Assembly (NCBI GenBank): GCA_965204535.1
Contig: CBDBEV010000001.1
Coordinates: forward strand, 32,001 to 96,000
Reading direction: 5' to 3'
Origin: a bacterium
GTDB taxonomy: Bacteria; UBA8248
DNA length: 64,000 bases
Positions within the stretch are counted from its first letter, which is position 1; every line of letters starts with the position of its first letter. A program made the translations under genes and the position numbers. Positions 51,994 through 62,345 of this stretch are shown here, one piece after another. Below the pieces are notes generated by a model that was given only the letters and a program-made list of their open reading frames with translations, was not told where the DNA came from and did not search any database.

Positions 51994-52587
51994 TCATTTT
52001 GACACGTCATCATCGCCCGATATCCCCGCTGGTCCCGCCTCGTAGAAGAGCAGGCGCGTATCGCCGTAGCGCCTCTCGCGCGCGAGTCTCGCCTCGCCCA
52101 CCTCGCTTTTCGCCTCAACGCCCCGGGGCGCCTCCATCACCAGCTGTGCGCATATCGGCTCGGGCAAAAAGACGGCATCGAGAAGCTCATGCCGCAAGCC
52201 CTCTTCGCTCCAGGGCGGGTCGGCGAAGGCCAACTCGAACCGGCGGGAGCCCTGCGCCCGGATGCGCCCGGTCTCGTGGGCCACGTCCGCGCAGCGCACC
52301 TCCAGGCCTTCGCTAAGGCCTAAGGCCTCGGCGTTTCTCTGCATCGCCGCGCAAAGCCGCGGGTTTTTCTCTACGGCGAGCACGCCCGCCGCGCCCCGGC
52401 TGAGCGCCTCGAGCGATATCGCGCCCGAACCCGCGCACAAATCCAGCACGCGCGCGCCGACGACCGCGCCCCCCCAGATGTTGAACAGTGCCTCGCGCAC
52501 CCGCTCGCCCGTGGGCCGTACGCCCTCTTCTTCGGGCGAGGGGATTCTCCGGCTCCTAGCCGCGCCGCCGATAATCCTGAGCGACAC
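51994..52587 (-). CDS. rsmD: 16S rRNA m2G966 methyltransferase
   Basis: LRIIGG, RPT..RVREALFNI, LDLCAGSGA..LEALSRGA, DPPW and YGDT motifs. Confidence 0.93.
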   Translation of the reverse strand: MSLRIIGGAARSRRIPSPEEEGVRPTGERVREALFNIWGGAVVGARVLDLCAGSGAISLEALSRGAAGVLAVEKNPRLCAAMQRNAEALGLSEGLEVRCADVAHETGRIRAQGSRRFELAFADPPWSEEGLRHELLDAVFLPEPICAQLVMEAPRGVEAKSEVGEARLARERRYGDTRLLFYEAGPAGISGDDDVSK

Positions 52588-52596
52588 CGCCCGGCC

Positions 52597-53505
52597 TCAG
52601 AGGCGCTCGAAGTGGGCCAGTTCGCTGAACGCCCGGTAGCGCGCGTCAATCTCCTCCTCTGAGAGCGCGCGCATGCGATCGTAGCTGAACGACTCCACGT
52701 TGAACGACGCCATGACGCTGCCGAAAACGACCGCCCTGCGCATTCCCGCCTCGCTCAGGTCGCCCGTTGCGGCGAGATGGCCCATGAAGCCGCCGGCGAA
52801 GCTGTCGCCCGCCCCCGTGGGGTCGCAGACGTCTTCTATCGGCAGCCCCGGGGCGGAGAACACGCCGTCCTCGTGAAAAAGAAGCGCGCCGTACTCGCCC
52901 TGTTTCACCACCAGGGTCTTTGGGCCTATTTTTCTGATGCGGCGCGCTGCGCGCGCGATGTTCGCCTCGCCCGAAAGGGCGCGCGCCTCCGCATCGTTGA
53001 TGACGACCAGATCGGCCATCGAGAGCGTTTTGAGCAATTCCTCGCGCTTGCCCTCGATCCAGAAGTTCATGGTGTCGCACGCCACGAGCCTGGGCGTGTT
53101 CGCCTGGCCCAGGACGGCGGCCTGAAGTTCCGGATCGATGTTCGCGAGAAAGATGAATTCGGTGTCTTTGAAATCATTCGGCAACTTGGGTGAGAAGCTC
53201 TCGAAGACGTTCAGTTGCGTGTCGAGCGTGTGGGCGGTGTTCAAGTCGAACCCGTATTTCCCCTTCCAGCGGAAGGTCCGGCCATCGCTTCTTTCGATGC
53301 CGGATATGTCGATTTTGCGCTCTCTCAGGAATTCGAGCGTGCCTTCGGGAAAATCCGCCCCCACCACAGCCACGAGCCGCACGTCCGTGAAATAACTCGC
53401 CGCCACCGAGAAATAGGTGGCCGAGCCCCCCACCGCCTCCTCGCGCGCGCCGAAGGGCGTCTTCACCGAATCAATCGCCATGGAACCGACCACCAGAAGA
53501 CTCAT
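52597..53505 (-). CDS. PfkB-family carbohydrate kinase
   Basis: GGSA.Y, DTMN.WI and DPTGAGDSFAGG motifs. Confidence 0.93.
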   Translation of the reverse strand: MSLLVVGSMAIDSVKTPFGAREEAVGGSATYFSVAASYFTDVRLVAVVGADFPEGTLEFLRERKIDISGIERSDGRTFRWKGKYGFDLNTAHTLDTQLNVFESFSPKLPNDFKDTEFIFLANIDPELQAAVLGQANTPRLVACDTMNFWIEGKREELLKTLSMADLVVINDAEARALSGEANIARAARRIRKIGPKTLVVKQGEYGALLFHEDGVFSAPGLPIEDVCDPTGAGDSFAGGFMGHLAATGDLSEAGMRRAVVFGSVMASFNVESFSYDRMRALSEEEIDARYRAFSELAHFERL

Positions 53506-53779
53506 CTTTCCCTCAATTTTTCATACTGGCCGGCTTGCGCCGCCACACGACAACGCCCACGCCCCGCCGGAAAGCTCCGGCGAAAGCGCGTCCATTCCCC
53601 TCATGCTTCAGGAGGCCAACTCTATATTCAAAGCGCGCGCGTTTCAAAGGGGATATTCATTTCCCGGCGAATTATGGTTTAATACCGATGGCCCTGACAG
53701 CGAGTGAGAATCACGATAAGACCGCTCAAAAGGAGCGCTCTCTCACACTTTTCCGCTGCAAGGGCGCAAGGAGAGCCGC

Positions 53780-54877
53780 ATGGACGCGAAACACCCCCTC
53801 GCCACGCGCGAGGAACTGGCCAACCTCGATTTTTATGCCGATCTCGCCGATCGCTACCTCGCCGTGGACGGCCTGGAAGCGCGCTGGGTGAGTTTCACCA
53901 AAAAAGAGATCCTCCCCGACCAGGAAACCGCCGAGCGGATGCACTATCTCGTCTCGCTGGCGCGCGCGGTCGAGGAGACGCTCGATTCCGCCTTTCGCGC
54001 CGGCCACATCCCCGGCACCGCCTTTTTCGGCCGAGGAAACGAGGGGGCGAGCGTCGCGAGCGCGATGTGTCTCGAAGATCACGAATGGCTCGTGCCCATG
54101 CACCGAAACTGCGGCGCGCACCTCGCCAAGGGCCATCCGCCCAGGAGCATCATGTCGCATTTCTTCGGTCGCGCAGACGGCCCCTCGGGCGGGCGCGACG
54201 GGAATTTTCACATGGGCTACCAGCCCAAGCGCATCACCCAGCTCATCAGCCACATCGGCACCATGGTGCCCATCGCGACGGGCGTGGCGTGGGCGGCCAA
54301 GGCGCGCGGCAAGGGCGAGGCCACCATCAACTACATCGGGGACGGCGGCACGAGTGCGGGCGATTTCCACGAGGCGGTGAACTTCGCCGCCGTGCGCAAA
54401 CTCCCCCTCGTCATCATCATCGACAACAACCAGTACGCCTACAAGACGCTGCTGAGCGATCAGTACGCATGCGACGCCCTGGTGCTCAAGGCGCCCGGCT
54501 ACGGGCTTCCCGGTTTTCTCATCGACGGCACGAACGCGCCCCTGGTGCACCACGTCTGCAGCGAGGCGCTCGCGCGCGCGAGGGCGGGCGGCGGCCCCAC
54601 GCTCATCGAGAGCATCACGCTGCGCGCCGCGGGCCATTCGGTGTATGACAAGTTCGCCGACTACGTGGATATGGAACACTTCGAGAAATGGACCAGCGAG
54701 CGCGACCCCATCAAGCGGCTCGATGAGGCGCTCATCGAGTTCGGCGTCATGACGCAGGAACAAGTAACCGAATCGCATAAGCGAGCGAGAAAAGACGCGG
54801 AAGACGCGCGCGATGAAGCGCTCAAAAGCCCGATGCCCGATCCCGCGGGCCTGACCGAAGGAGTCTTTGCCGAATGA
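53780..54877 (+). CDS. 2-oxoacid dehydrogenase E1 alpha subunit
   Basis: G.EG, HR, GDGGTS.GDFHEA.NFA...NNQYA (TPP motif) and GHS. Confidence 0.92.
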   Translation: MDAKHPLATREELANLDFYADLADRYLAVDGLEARWVSFTKKEILPDQETAERMHYLVSLARAVEETLDSAFRAGHIPGTAFFGRGNEGASVASAMCLEDHEWLVPMHRNCGAHLAKGHPPRSIMSHFFGRADGPSGGRDGNFHMGYQPKRITQLISHIGTMVPIATGVAWAAKARGKGEATINYIGDGGTSAGDFHEAVNFAAVRKLPLVIIIDNNQYAYKTLLSDQYACDALVLKAPGYGLPGFLIDGTNAPLVHHVCSEALARARAGGGPTLIESITLRAAGHSVYDKFADYVDMEHFEKWTSERDPIKRLDEALIEFGVMTQEQVTESHKRARKDAEDARDEALKSPMPDPAGLTEGVFAE

Positions 54878-55866
54878 TCACCTACCGCGAAGCGCTGAGC
54901 GAGGCCCTCTGGGAGGAGATGGAGCGCGATGAGGACGTGTTTCTCCTGGGCGAGGACATCGGCCTGGGCGGCGGGGCCTTCTACATCACCAAGGGATTCA
55001 TGGAGAAATTCGGGCGTGACCGCGTGGTGGACGTTCCCCTGAGCGAGGCGGGCTTTACGGGGACGGCCATCGGCGCCGCCTTATGCGGCATGCGGCCTGT
55101 GGTGGAGTTTCAGTTCGCCGATTTCGTCACCGAATCCTACAAGATGATCGTGGACTTCGCCGCCGGGAACCATTACCGGCAGATGGGGCCGGTGCCCATC
55201 GTCCTGCGCCTGCCCGCCGCCGCGCTCGTGAGTGCGGGGCCGTTCCACAGCCAGAACCCCGAGATATGGTTTTTCGGAACGCCCGGCCTCAAGATCGTCG
55301 CCCCCACCACCGCTTATGACGCCAAGGGGATGCTCAAGGGAGCGATAAGAGACCCCAACCCCGTCATCTTCATGGAATACAAAAAGTTCTATAACTACCC
55401 GGTCGACGAATTGCCCGAAGTCCTGAGGCCCGAGATCCCCGGAGACGATTACACCGTGCCCTTCGGCGAGGCGAGAACCCTGCGCGAGGGAGAGGACATT
55501 TCACTCATCACCTTCGGCACCACCGTGCTCGAAGCCCTGGAAGCGGCGGAAGTGCTCGAAAATGACGGCGTGTCGGTGGAGGTCATCGACTTGAGAACCC
55601 TCGTTCCGCTCGATAAAGAGGCGATCCTCGAAAGCGTCAAGAAAACGGGGAAAATCCTCTTCCTGCACGAAGCCAGAAAACGCGGCGGCGTGGGCGGCGA
55701 GCTGGCCGCCATCGTGAGCGAGGAGGTTTTTGAATATCTCGACGCGCCCGTCCGCCGCATCGGCGCGCCGGAGGCCCACGTGCCGCTCAGCCCCCCGCTC
55801 GAGCGCGCCTACCTGCCGAGCACGGAGAAAGTGGTGAACGAGTTGCGCGATCTCGCCGCGTTCTAG
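54874..55866 (+). CDS. 2-oxoacid dehydrogenase E1 beta subunit
   Basis: LGEDIG..GGAF, LSEAG, EFQFADF, HSQ and IDLRTL.PLD; ATGA overlap with E1 alpha. Confidence 0.94.
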   Translation: MITYREALSEALWEEMERDEDVFLLGEDIGLGGGAFYITKGFMEKFGRDRVVDVPLSEAGFTGTAIGAALCGMRPVVEFQFADFVTESYKMIVDFAAGNHYRQMGPVPIVLRLPAAALVSAGPFHSQNPEIWFFGTPGLKIVAPTTAYDAKGMLKGAIRDPNPVIFMEYKKFYNYPVDELPEVLRPEIPGDDYTVPFGEARTLREGEDISLITFGTTVLEALEAAEVLENDGVSVEVIDLRTLVPLDKEAILESVKKTGKILFLHEARKRGGVGGELAAIVSEEVFEYLDAPVRRIGAPEAHVPLSPPLERAYLPSTEKVVNELRDLAAF

Positions 55867-55885
55867 TCCGCCAAAGGTTTTTCAT

Positions 55886-56535
55886 TCCCCCCTTGAGGGT
55901 CAAACCCGATTGATGAATGAGGGTTTGAATTGAAAAAGCCCTTGCGGGACTGTCGGGATTCCAATGTAGGTCGGACATATATGTCCGACATATATGCGGC
56001 CCTCCCCCGTCCGGCATGCGGGTCGCATGTATGCGACCCCTACACCCCGAAAATGCAATGATGGAACACGAATGACATATGGGGCCGCCCATGCAACCCT
56101 TCCGCATTGGTCGGGTCTGACACCGGAATGACGAACCAGAACCGCTTTCCTCTCTTGCAGAGCGCCAACCAACCACTCCCCCCTTGAGGGGGTTGTTGAA
56201 AAACCCTCCGGTGGGGAAGGAATCCCGATCATCGAATTGTTCACCGTAGGGACAGGCCCCCGTGCCTGTCCGTGGCCCTCGCGCCCTTGCTGTATCTGGG
56301 TGAATACGACCGACGGGCGGCCACGGGGTCAGACATATATGTCTGACCCCTACAGTCGCCATTCGAGGGATGCGCAGGGGCTTTTTCAACAGCCCCAATG
56401 CGGAAGCGATTGCCCCGCACCCGCCGGGGGACGTTCGTCCCTCCTCCTTCGATGCGGCGCTGGCGCGCCTACTCAGGATGAGGAGGTTGGGGCGCTTGCG
56501 CGCCCGCTCCCGAAATCGGCTTTTTCAACAACCCC
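55886..56535. mobile_element. Nested repeat/MITE stack inside the dehydrogenase operon
   Basis: 14-bp direct repeat TCCCCCCTTGAGGG (55886, 56177), REP doublets, terminal inverted pair 56189-56396 and an extra right end at 56519-56535. Confidence 0.75.
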
Positions 56536-56648
56536 TCCTTGGCCGGGTTTGAGACCGGGATGACGGGCGCGCCCCGCTTTTGTAAATACGGAACGGATTC
56601 TGGTATATACTCCCCAGGAAATTCCCCATCACGCTTGAAGGAGCCCCC

Positions 56649-57932
56649 ATGTACACCGCGCGCATCAGAATGCCCCGCATGGGAACCAGCGTGCACGAGA
56701 GCACGGTGGTCGCCTGGAAGAAGGCGGTGGGCGACACGGTGGCGAAGGGCGAGGTGCTCCTATCCGCGGAGAGCGACAAGGTGGAGTTCGAGGTCGAGGC
56801 CCCCGCCGACGGCGTGATAACGGAAATCCTGGCGGGAGCGGAAGAGACGGTGCCCGTCGGCGAAGTGCTCGCGACCATGGAGACCGAAACCGAGGTCACA
56901 GACGAAACACCCGAACCGGAAGAACCGGAATCGGGCGCGAGCGACTGGGCGGCTCCCGTCGCGCCGCTGCAACCCAGGGAAAAACCAGTCATCCCGGCGG
57001 CGCGGGTGGAAAAAGCGCTGCGCCCATCGACTGAGGGGAAAACCTGGCTCTCCCCGCGCGTCCAGAGCCTCGCCGCCGCGCACGGGGTCGATCTCAGCGT
57101 AATCTTAAGTATTCAGGGCACGGGAGCGGGCGGAAGGGTCAGCGCGCGCGACGTGGAGGCGTTCATCGCAGGCGGCGGCGCACCGCCAAAAATCGAGATG
57201 TCCGTGGAGCCGTTGAGCGAAGACCATGACGAGTGCGTAGAACCACTCAGCAGGGTCCGGAAGCGGATCGCCGAGAACTTGACCCGCTCGGTGCGAGAGA
57301 TTCCCCAGGTCACCAGTTGGCTGGAAGTCGACATGAGCGGCGTGTCGGCCTTTCGGGACGCGAACAAGGAGGCGTTTCGCGAGAAACACGCCGTAAACCT
57401 CACCTACACGCCCTTTTTCATCATGGCGCTCGTCCACGCGTTAAGAAACACCGATAACGAGCGCTTCAGCGCCACTTTTCAAGACGACGCCCTCACCATC
57501 AGGCGCTACCTGAACCTGGGAGTAGCCGTGGATTCTCCGGGCGGCCTCGTGGTGCCCGTGCTCGAATCGGCGGATTCCATGAACCTGGTGGAGCTATCCC
57601 TCCGCCTCGACGATCTGGCGGCCCGCGCGCGCGAGGGCGCGCTCACGCCCGACGACGTCCGGGGCGGGACGCTCACGCTCACCAATTTCGGCGCTTCGGG
57701 CGCGCTGGGCGGAAACCCCATCATCAACCCGCCCGAGGTGGCCATCATCGGCACGGGGGCGGTCGCGCCGCGCCCGGTAGCCCTTCCGACCGGCGCGGTC
57801 TCGGTTCGGCCCGTCATGATTCTGGCGATCACCTTCGATCACCGCGTGAACGACGGAATGGCGGCGGGCAGGTTCATCTCCGACATGCGCGCGGCGCTTG
57901 AGAACATGGACTTTTCCCTTTTGGAATACTGA
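56649..57932 (+). CDS. 2-oxoacid dehydrogenase E2 (dihydrolipoamide acyltransferase)
   Basis: Lipoyl ESDKV, E3-binding GTGAGGRV...DV, PIINPPEVAI and catalytic DHRVNDG. Confidence 0.95.
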   Translation: MYTARIRMPRMGTSVHESTVVAWKKAVGDTVAKGEVLLSAESDKVEFEVEAPADGVITEILAGAEETVPVGEVLATMETETEVTDETPEPEEPESGASDWAAPVAPLQPREKPVIPAARVEKALRPSTEGKTWLSPRVQSLAAAHGVDLSVILSIQGTGAGGRVSARDVEAFIAGGGAPPKIEMSVEPLSEDHDECVEPLSRVRKRIAENLTRSVREIPQVTSWLEVDMSGVSAFRDANKEAFREKHAVNLTYTPFFIMALVHALRNTDNERFSATFQDDALTIRRYLNLGVAVDSPGGLVVPVLESADSMNLVELSLRLDDLAARAREGALTPDDVRGGTLTLTNFGASGALGGNPIINPPEVAIIGTGAVAPRPVALPTGAVSVRPVMILAITFDHRVNDGMAAGRFISDMRAALENMDFSLLEY

Positions 57933-58015
57933 ATACCAAAACCCATAGGCGGATTCACAATCGACGATTCACGTCCACGGATCGGCCACGAATTGAAAGA
58001 GGAGCAAGAAATCCC

Positions 58016-58930
58016 ATGGCCAGACCAGACATCGACACCCCCTTGCGCTCCATGCTCTTCATCCCCGGTTCGAGCGAGAAGATGGTGGGAAAAGGACCCA
58101 CCATCGAGGCGGACGCCGCCCTGTTCGATCTCGAGGATTCCGTCGCGCCCCAGATGAAGGAAGCGGCGCGCGAACTCGTGCGCGCAGGGATTGCGGAGAC
58201 GAGCGGCGCGCCCGGCGGCCCCTCCACGGTTCTCGTGCGCGTGAACGACGTGGAATCGGGCATGCTCGAAGAAGACATCGACGCCATCGTGACCCAAGGA
58301 CTCGACGGCATCTTCCTGCCCAAACCCGAGAGCGCCGCGGACGTGAGAACCGCCGATGCGCTGCTTTCGAAATACGAGCGCGAGCGCGGCCTGGAAGAAG
58401 GCGGCGTCGGGGTCATCGCGCAGATCGAGAGCGCCTCGGGCGTCGTGCATTGCTACGACATCTGCAAGGCGGCGGACCGGGTCGTGGGCGTCAATCTCGG
58501 GAGCGCGGAGGATGCGGATCTCTGCCGCAGCCTGGGGGCCACCTGGACCGAAGACGGCACGACGCTCCTCTACACGCGGAGCAAGGTGCTCGTCGAAGCG
58601 CGGGCCGCGCGACTGCCCCACCCCACCGACGGCGTCTACATGCGCTTACAGGACGACGACGGCTGCCGGGCGGACGCGGAATTCGCCAAGAAACTCGGCT
58701 ACACCGGCAAGGCGGCCATCCACCCGAGGCAGGTGCCGATCTTCAACGACGTCTACTCGCCGAGCGAAGAAGAGGTCTCCTACTACACCGAGATGGCCGA
58801 AGCCTACCGCGAGGGCGAGGCGCAAGGATTGGGCGCGGTCTCCTTTCAGGGCAAGATGATCGACGTCGCCATGGTCAAGCACGCCGAGAACGTGCTCGCC
58901 CGCGCCCGCGCCATCGCCGAAAGAGCATAG
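58016..58930 (+). CDS. CitE/malyl-CoA lyase-like (HpcH/HpaI) protein
   Basis: RSMLFIPG, DLEDSV, VRVN, LPK, IESA and GK.AIHP.Q motifs. Confidence 0.92.
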   Translation: MARPDIDTPLRSMLFIPGSSEKMVGKGPTIEADAALFDLEDSVAPQMKEAARELVRAGIAETSGAPGGPSTVLVRVNDVESGMLEEDIDAIVTQGLDGIFLPKPESAADVRTADALLSKYERERGLEEGGVGVIAQIESASGVVHCYDICKAADRVVGVNLGSAEDADLCRSLGATWTEDGTTLLYTRSKVLVEARAARLPHPTDGVYMRLQDDDGCRADAEFAKKLGYTGKAAIHPRQVPIFNDVYSPSEEEVSYYTEMAEAYREGEAQGLGAVSFQGKMIDVAMVKHAENVLARARAIAERA

Positions 58931-58940
58931 GCTTAAGCAA

Positions 58941-59966
58941 ATGGCGGACGCTCTAGACCCGGTCGAGCATTTCTTCGCGCAGCCCTGGTCCGACGGCCTG
59001 CCCGTCGTCGTGCCGACCGAAGAGCGCCTCTCGGACATGCTGGGAGATCATGCGTTCGATACGCTCATCGGCCACGTGCCGCCGGCGAATCACCTCGCCA
59101 CGATGGAAGCCGTCGCGCTCCACGCCGTCATGGCGGGTTGCAAGCCCGAATACTTCCCGGCGCTTCTGTGCGCGCTATCGTGCATTCTGGACCCTCGCTT
59201 CAACATGAACGGCATTCAGGCGACGATGAACCCCGCCGGCCCCCTCATCGTGATGAACGGCCCCTACCCGCGCGAGATCGGGGTCCACGGCGGCACGGGA
59301 TGCCTGGGACCGGGCTTTCGGGCCAACGCGACCATCGGCCGCGCGCTCAGGCTCATGCTCCTGAACCTGGGCGGCGGGGTTCCCGGCGTGGTGGACATGA
59401 GCACGTTCGGAAGCCCGAGCAAGTTCGCTTACTGCCTGCGCGAGAACGAGGAAATCAGCCCCTGGCCCTCACTCGCCGAGGAGCGCGGATTTGAAAAGGA
59501 AGAAAACGTCGTCACCGCCTGCGCGGGGGAAGGCCCGCGCGTCGCGCTCGATGATTCGAGCGACCATCCGGACGGCGTGCTCACCACGATTGCGAGCACC
59601 ATCTCCACCATGGGGTCGCGCCACGCCTACTCGCCCGTGGGCCTCACGGTCATCATGGGACCCGAACACGCGCAGCTTCTCGCCGACCACGGATTCAGCC
59701 GGGACGACGCCAAACAAGGACTCGCAGAGCGCGCCAGCCTACCCGTAGGGCTGCTAAAGCGCGGCGGCCGCTACCGGGGGAAAGAAAAGAGCGAATGGCC
59801 CGTGTGGGTGGATCACGACGATGACGACTGCATGGCGCCTATGATCCGGAAACCGGAAGACGTAACGCTTTTAGTCGCAGGCGGCCTGCCCGGGCCTTCT
59901 TCGTTCATCATCCCCGGATGGAACAACACGAATCGGCCCGTCTCGAAGGCGTTCGTTGTGGAGTAG
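58941..59966 (+). CDS. Conserved hypothetical protein (W.DGLPV.PT family)
   Basis: WSDGLPVVVPTE, AVMAGCKPEY, GPG.RANATIGRA and ENEE.SPW motifs. Confidence 0.75.
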   Translation: MADALDPVEHFFAQPWSDGLPVVVPTEERLSDMLGDHAFDTLIGHVPPANHLATMEAVALHAVMAGCKPEYFPALLCALSCILDPRFNMNGIQATMNPAGPLIVMNGPYPREIGVHGGTGCLGPGFRANATIGRALRLMLLNLGGGVPGVVDMSTFGSPSKFAYCLRENEEISPWPSLAEERGFEKEENVVTACAGEGPRVALDDSSDHPDGVLTTIASTISTMGSRHAYSPVGLTVIMGPEHAQLLADHGFSRDDAKQGLAERASLPVGLLKRGGRYRGKEKSEWPVWVDHDDDDCMAPMIRKPEDVTLLVAGGLPGPSSFIIPGWNNTNRPVSKAFVVE

Positions 59967-60032
59967 TTGCAAACTGGAACTATCGTCTAATCTGGCATAT
60001 GGGCGTCGTGAATCTAGCGACGCGCTCGCCCC

Positions 60033-61556
60033 CTAACACCCGTAGGCCTTGCCTTCCTGGGGCGTAAGACGTTTCCAGGCCATCGCAAGTTCCGCGAGAA
60101 TCCGCACGCCCACGCCGGTGCCGCCCTCGGGGCGGTAGGGTTCGGCTTTTCCGGTGTGCGAGGGCCCCGCGATGTCGAGGTGCACCCAGGGCGTCTCGTC
60201 GGCGAAGTGCTGCAAAAACGCCGCCGCTGTGTTCGCTCCCCCCCAGCGGGCGCCCGAGATGTTGCACATGTCGGCTATCTTGCCCTTCATCGACTCACCG
60301 TATTCCGGGAAGAGCGGCATGTGCCAGACGCGATCGCCGGTGCGCTCGCCGAGATCGCGCACCCGTTCCAGCAACTCATCGTGCGTTCCGTACATGCCGG
60401 TCACTTTCTGGCCGAGGGCCACCATGCACGCGCCCGTCAAGGTGGCCAGATCGATCATGCACTGGGGCTCGTATTTCTCGCGCGTGTAGTGGAGCGCGTC
60501 GGCGAGTACGAGCCGGCCCTCGGCGTCCGTGTTGTGGATTTCCACCGTCGTTCCCTTCATGGAGCGCACGATGTCGCCGGGGCGGGTGGCGTCGCCGTCC
60601 ACCATGTTCTCCACGAGACCCGCCACGCCCACCACGGGCACGCGGGGCTTCGAGCGCGCGACGGCGAGCATCGCGCCCAGCACGGCGGCGGCGCCGCTCA
60701 TGTCGGTCGTCATGAGCTCGAGACCGCCGCTCGGCTTGATGGAGATGCCGCCGGTATCGAACGTAACGCCCTTCCCGACGAAGGCGATGGGTTTCGTCCG
60801 CGCGCCCTGCGGCCTGTACTCCAGAATGACCATGCGCGCCGGTTCGCTGCTGCCCCGGCTTACGGAGAGAAGCGCGCCCATCTTCTGCCTCGCCATCTGT
60901 TTCTCGTCCAGCACGCGGCAGCGAAGGCCCTCGCGCCGCGCCATCGCGCGCGCCATATCGGCGAGTGCGGGCGGGCGTTTCTCGTTGCTGGGCGTGTTGA
61001 TGAGGTCGCGCGCGTAGTTCGTTCCCTCGCACAGAGCGCGCCCGTAGCGCACCCCGCGCCGCATCGCGCTCAGGTTCCTGCCGGCCCCGCCGCACAAAAC
61101 GACGCGCGAAACCTCGGCTTTCTCATCGTCATCCGCACTCTTGTATTTATCCATCCGGTAGAGGCCGAGCCCCACGCCCTCGACAATCGCCTGGGCCGCC
61201 CCGCGGGCATCAAGGTCATCGCCAACAACGGAAGAAGCCGAGATCGCAACGCTCTCAAGGCCCTCTGAGCGAGTGCGCTTGGCCGCCAGAGCGCTGGCGC
61301 AGCGAACCGATTCGGGCGTTATCTTCTCCCCCAGGCCTGCGAGAATCACGAAATCGGGCGCTCCGCCCCCCTCGGGAACCGGCAGAACGGAGACTTGCCC
61401 TTCCTTTCCCCCAAAAACCTTGCGCTCGAGCAAGGAGCCCAGGGCGCTGCCCAGAGATTTTTCGAGCCGCTCGTCTTTCTCATCTTTCGCCATGAGGCAA
61501 ACCAGGGCGTCCGTCCCCTGGTCGAAGCCGTCACCACCCACAACGGAGAACCGCAT
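60033..61556 (-). CDS. pepA: Leucyl aminopeptidase (M17)
   Basis: VGKGVTFDTGG..IK, DM.GAA, NTDAEGRLVLAD, ATLTGA and HLDIAG motifs. Confidence 0.96.
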   Translation of the reverse strand: MRFSVVGGDGFDQGTDALVCLMAKDEKDERLEKSLGSALGSLLERKVFGGKEGQVSVLPVPEGGGAPDFVILAGLGEKITPESVRCASALAAKRTRSEGLESVAISASSVVGDDLDARGAAQAIVEGVGLGLYRMDKYKSADDDEKAEVSRVVLCGGAGRNLSAMRRGVRYGRALCEGTNYARDLINTPSNEKRPPALADMARAMARREGLRCRVLDEKQMARQKMGALLSVSRGSSEPARMVILEYRPQGARTKPIAFVGKGVTFDTGGISIKPSGGLELMTTDMSGAAAVLGAMLAVARSKPRVPVVGVAGLVENMVDGDATRPGDIVRSMKGTTVEIHNTDAEGRLVLADALHYTREKYEPQCMIDLATLTGACMVALGQKVTGMYGTHDELLERVRDLGERTGDRVWHMPLFPEYGESMKGKIADMCNISGARWGGANTAAAFLQHFADETPWVHLDIAGPSHTGKAEPYRPEGGTGVGVRILAELAMAWKRLTPQEGKAYGC

Positions 61557-61804
61557 ATCCATCTCCTCTTCCGAATCACCACGTAAAGTAGAATGCGAGT
61601 AGGAAGAGTGTATCCTACAGAGGCGCGCACGGCCAGACAAAGCAGGGTCCCTGCCTCCTTTCACCCATGTGGCCGGGTGCGCGGATTGTCTTATTCCGTC
61701 TCCTGCCCCTAGAATGCCCGCGCATGCTTCACGAGGCCGAATACGTCAAGGCTTCGTGTTCAAAAACGAAATTTTTTCCGCCTCTCACGATGAAGGAATA
61801 CACC

Positions 61805-62242
61805 ATGAGTTTCTACAACTGGGACATGCTCCCCTTGAGCCACGACCGCCCCGGCGTCGCGCACAGGCGGATCTTCGGCGACAACATCCAGATGCAACAC
61901 CTGATCACCGAGCCGGGCGGCACGCCGTCCAAACTGCACAATCATCCCGATCACGAGGAGTTCTTCTACATCCAGGCGGGCGAGTGGGAGTTCACGCTCG
62001 AAGACGAGGTGCGGCGGATCGGGCCGGGCGACGTGGTGCACGTCAAGGCGGGCGCGATGCACACCCTGAAGTTGGTGAGCGATGAGCCGGGGATGGCGCT
62101 CGAGGTGTTCTACCCGATGTGGGACCCGGAACTCGCAGAAAACAAGGAGGATTTCACGATAGACGCCATCAAGAGCCGCATGGAGTTCGCCGAAGAACCC
62201 GACGAGATGAACCGTGGCCGCCCGCCCGGACACGGGGAATAA
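61805..62242 (+). CDS. Cupin-domain protein
   Basis: H.HP..EEFFYI..G and GD.V......H motifs; AAGGA RBS. Confidence 0.88.
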   Translation: MSFYNWDMLPLSHDRPGVAHRRIFGDNIQMQHLITEPGGTPSKLHNHPDHEEFFYIQAGEWEFTLEDEVRRIGPGDVVHVKAGAMHTLKLVSDEPGMALEVFYPMWDPELAENKEDFTIDAIKSRMEFAEEPDEMNRGRPPGHGE

Positions 62243-62302
62243 GAGGGAGAATCGCCTTAACCGGGAGACATTTTCCCGGATGGCGATTTTCCGAGCTTTG
62301 CA

Positions 62303-62345
62303 ACAAAAAAACAGGCGGCGCCCGTCGACGCCGCCTGCTGTTTTC
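62303..62345. terminator. Probable bidirectional intrinsic terminator
   Basis: A-run, CAGGCGGCG / CGCCGCCTG stem and T-run between convergent genes. Confidence 0.7.
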
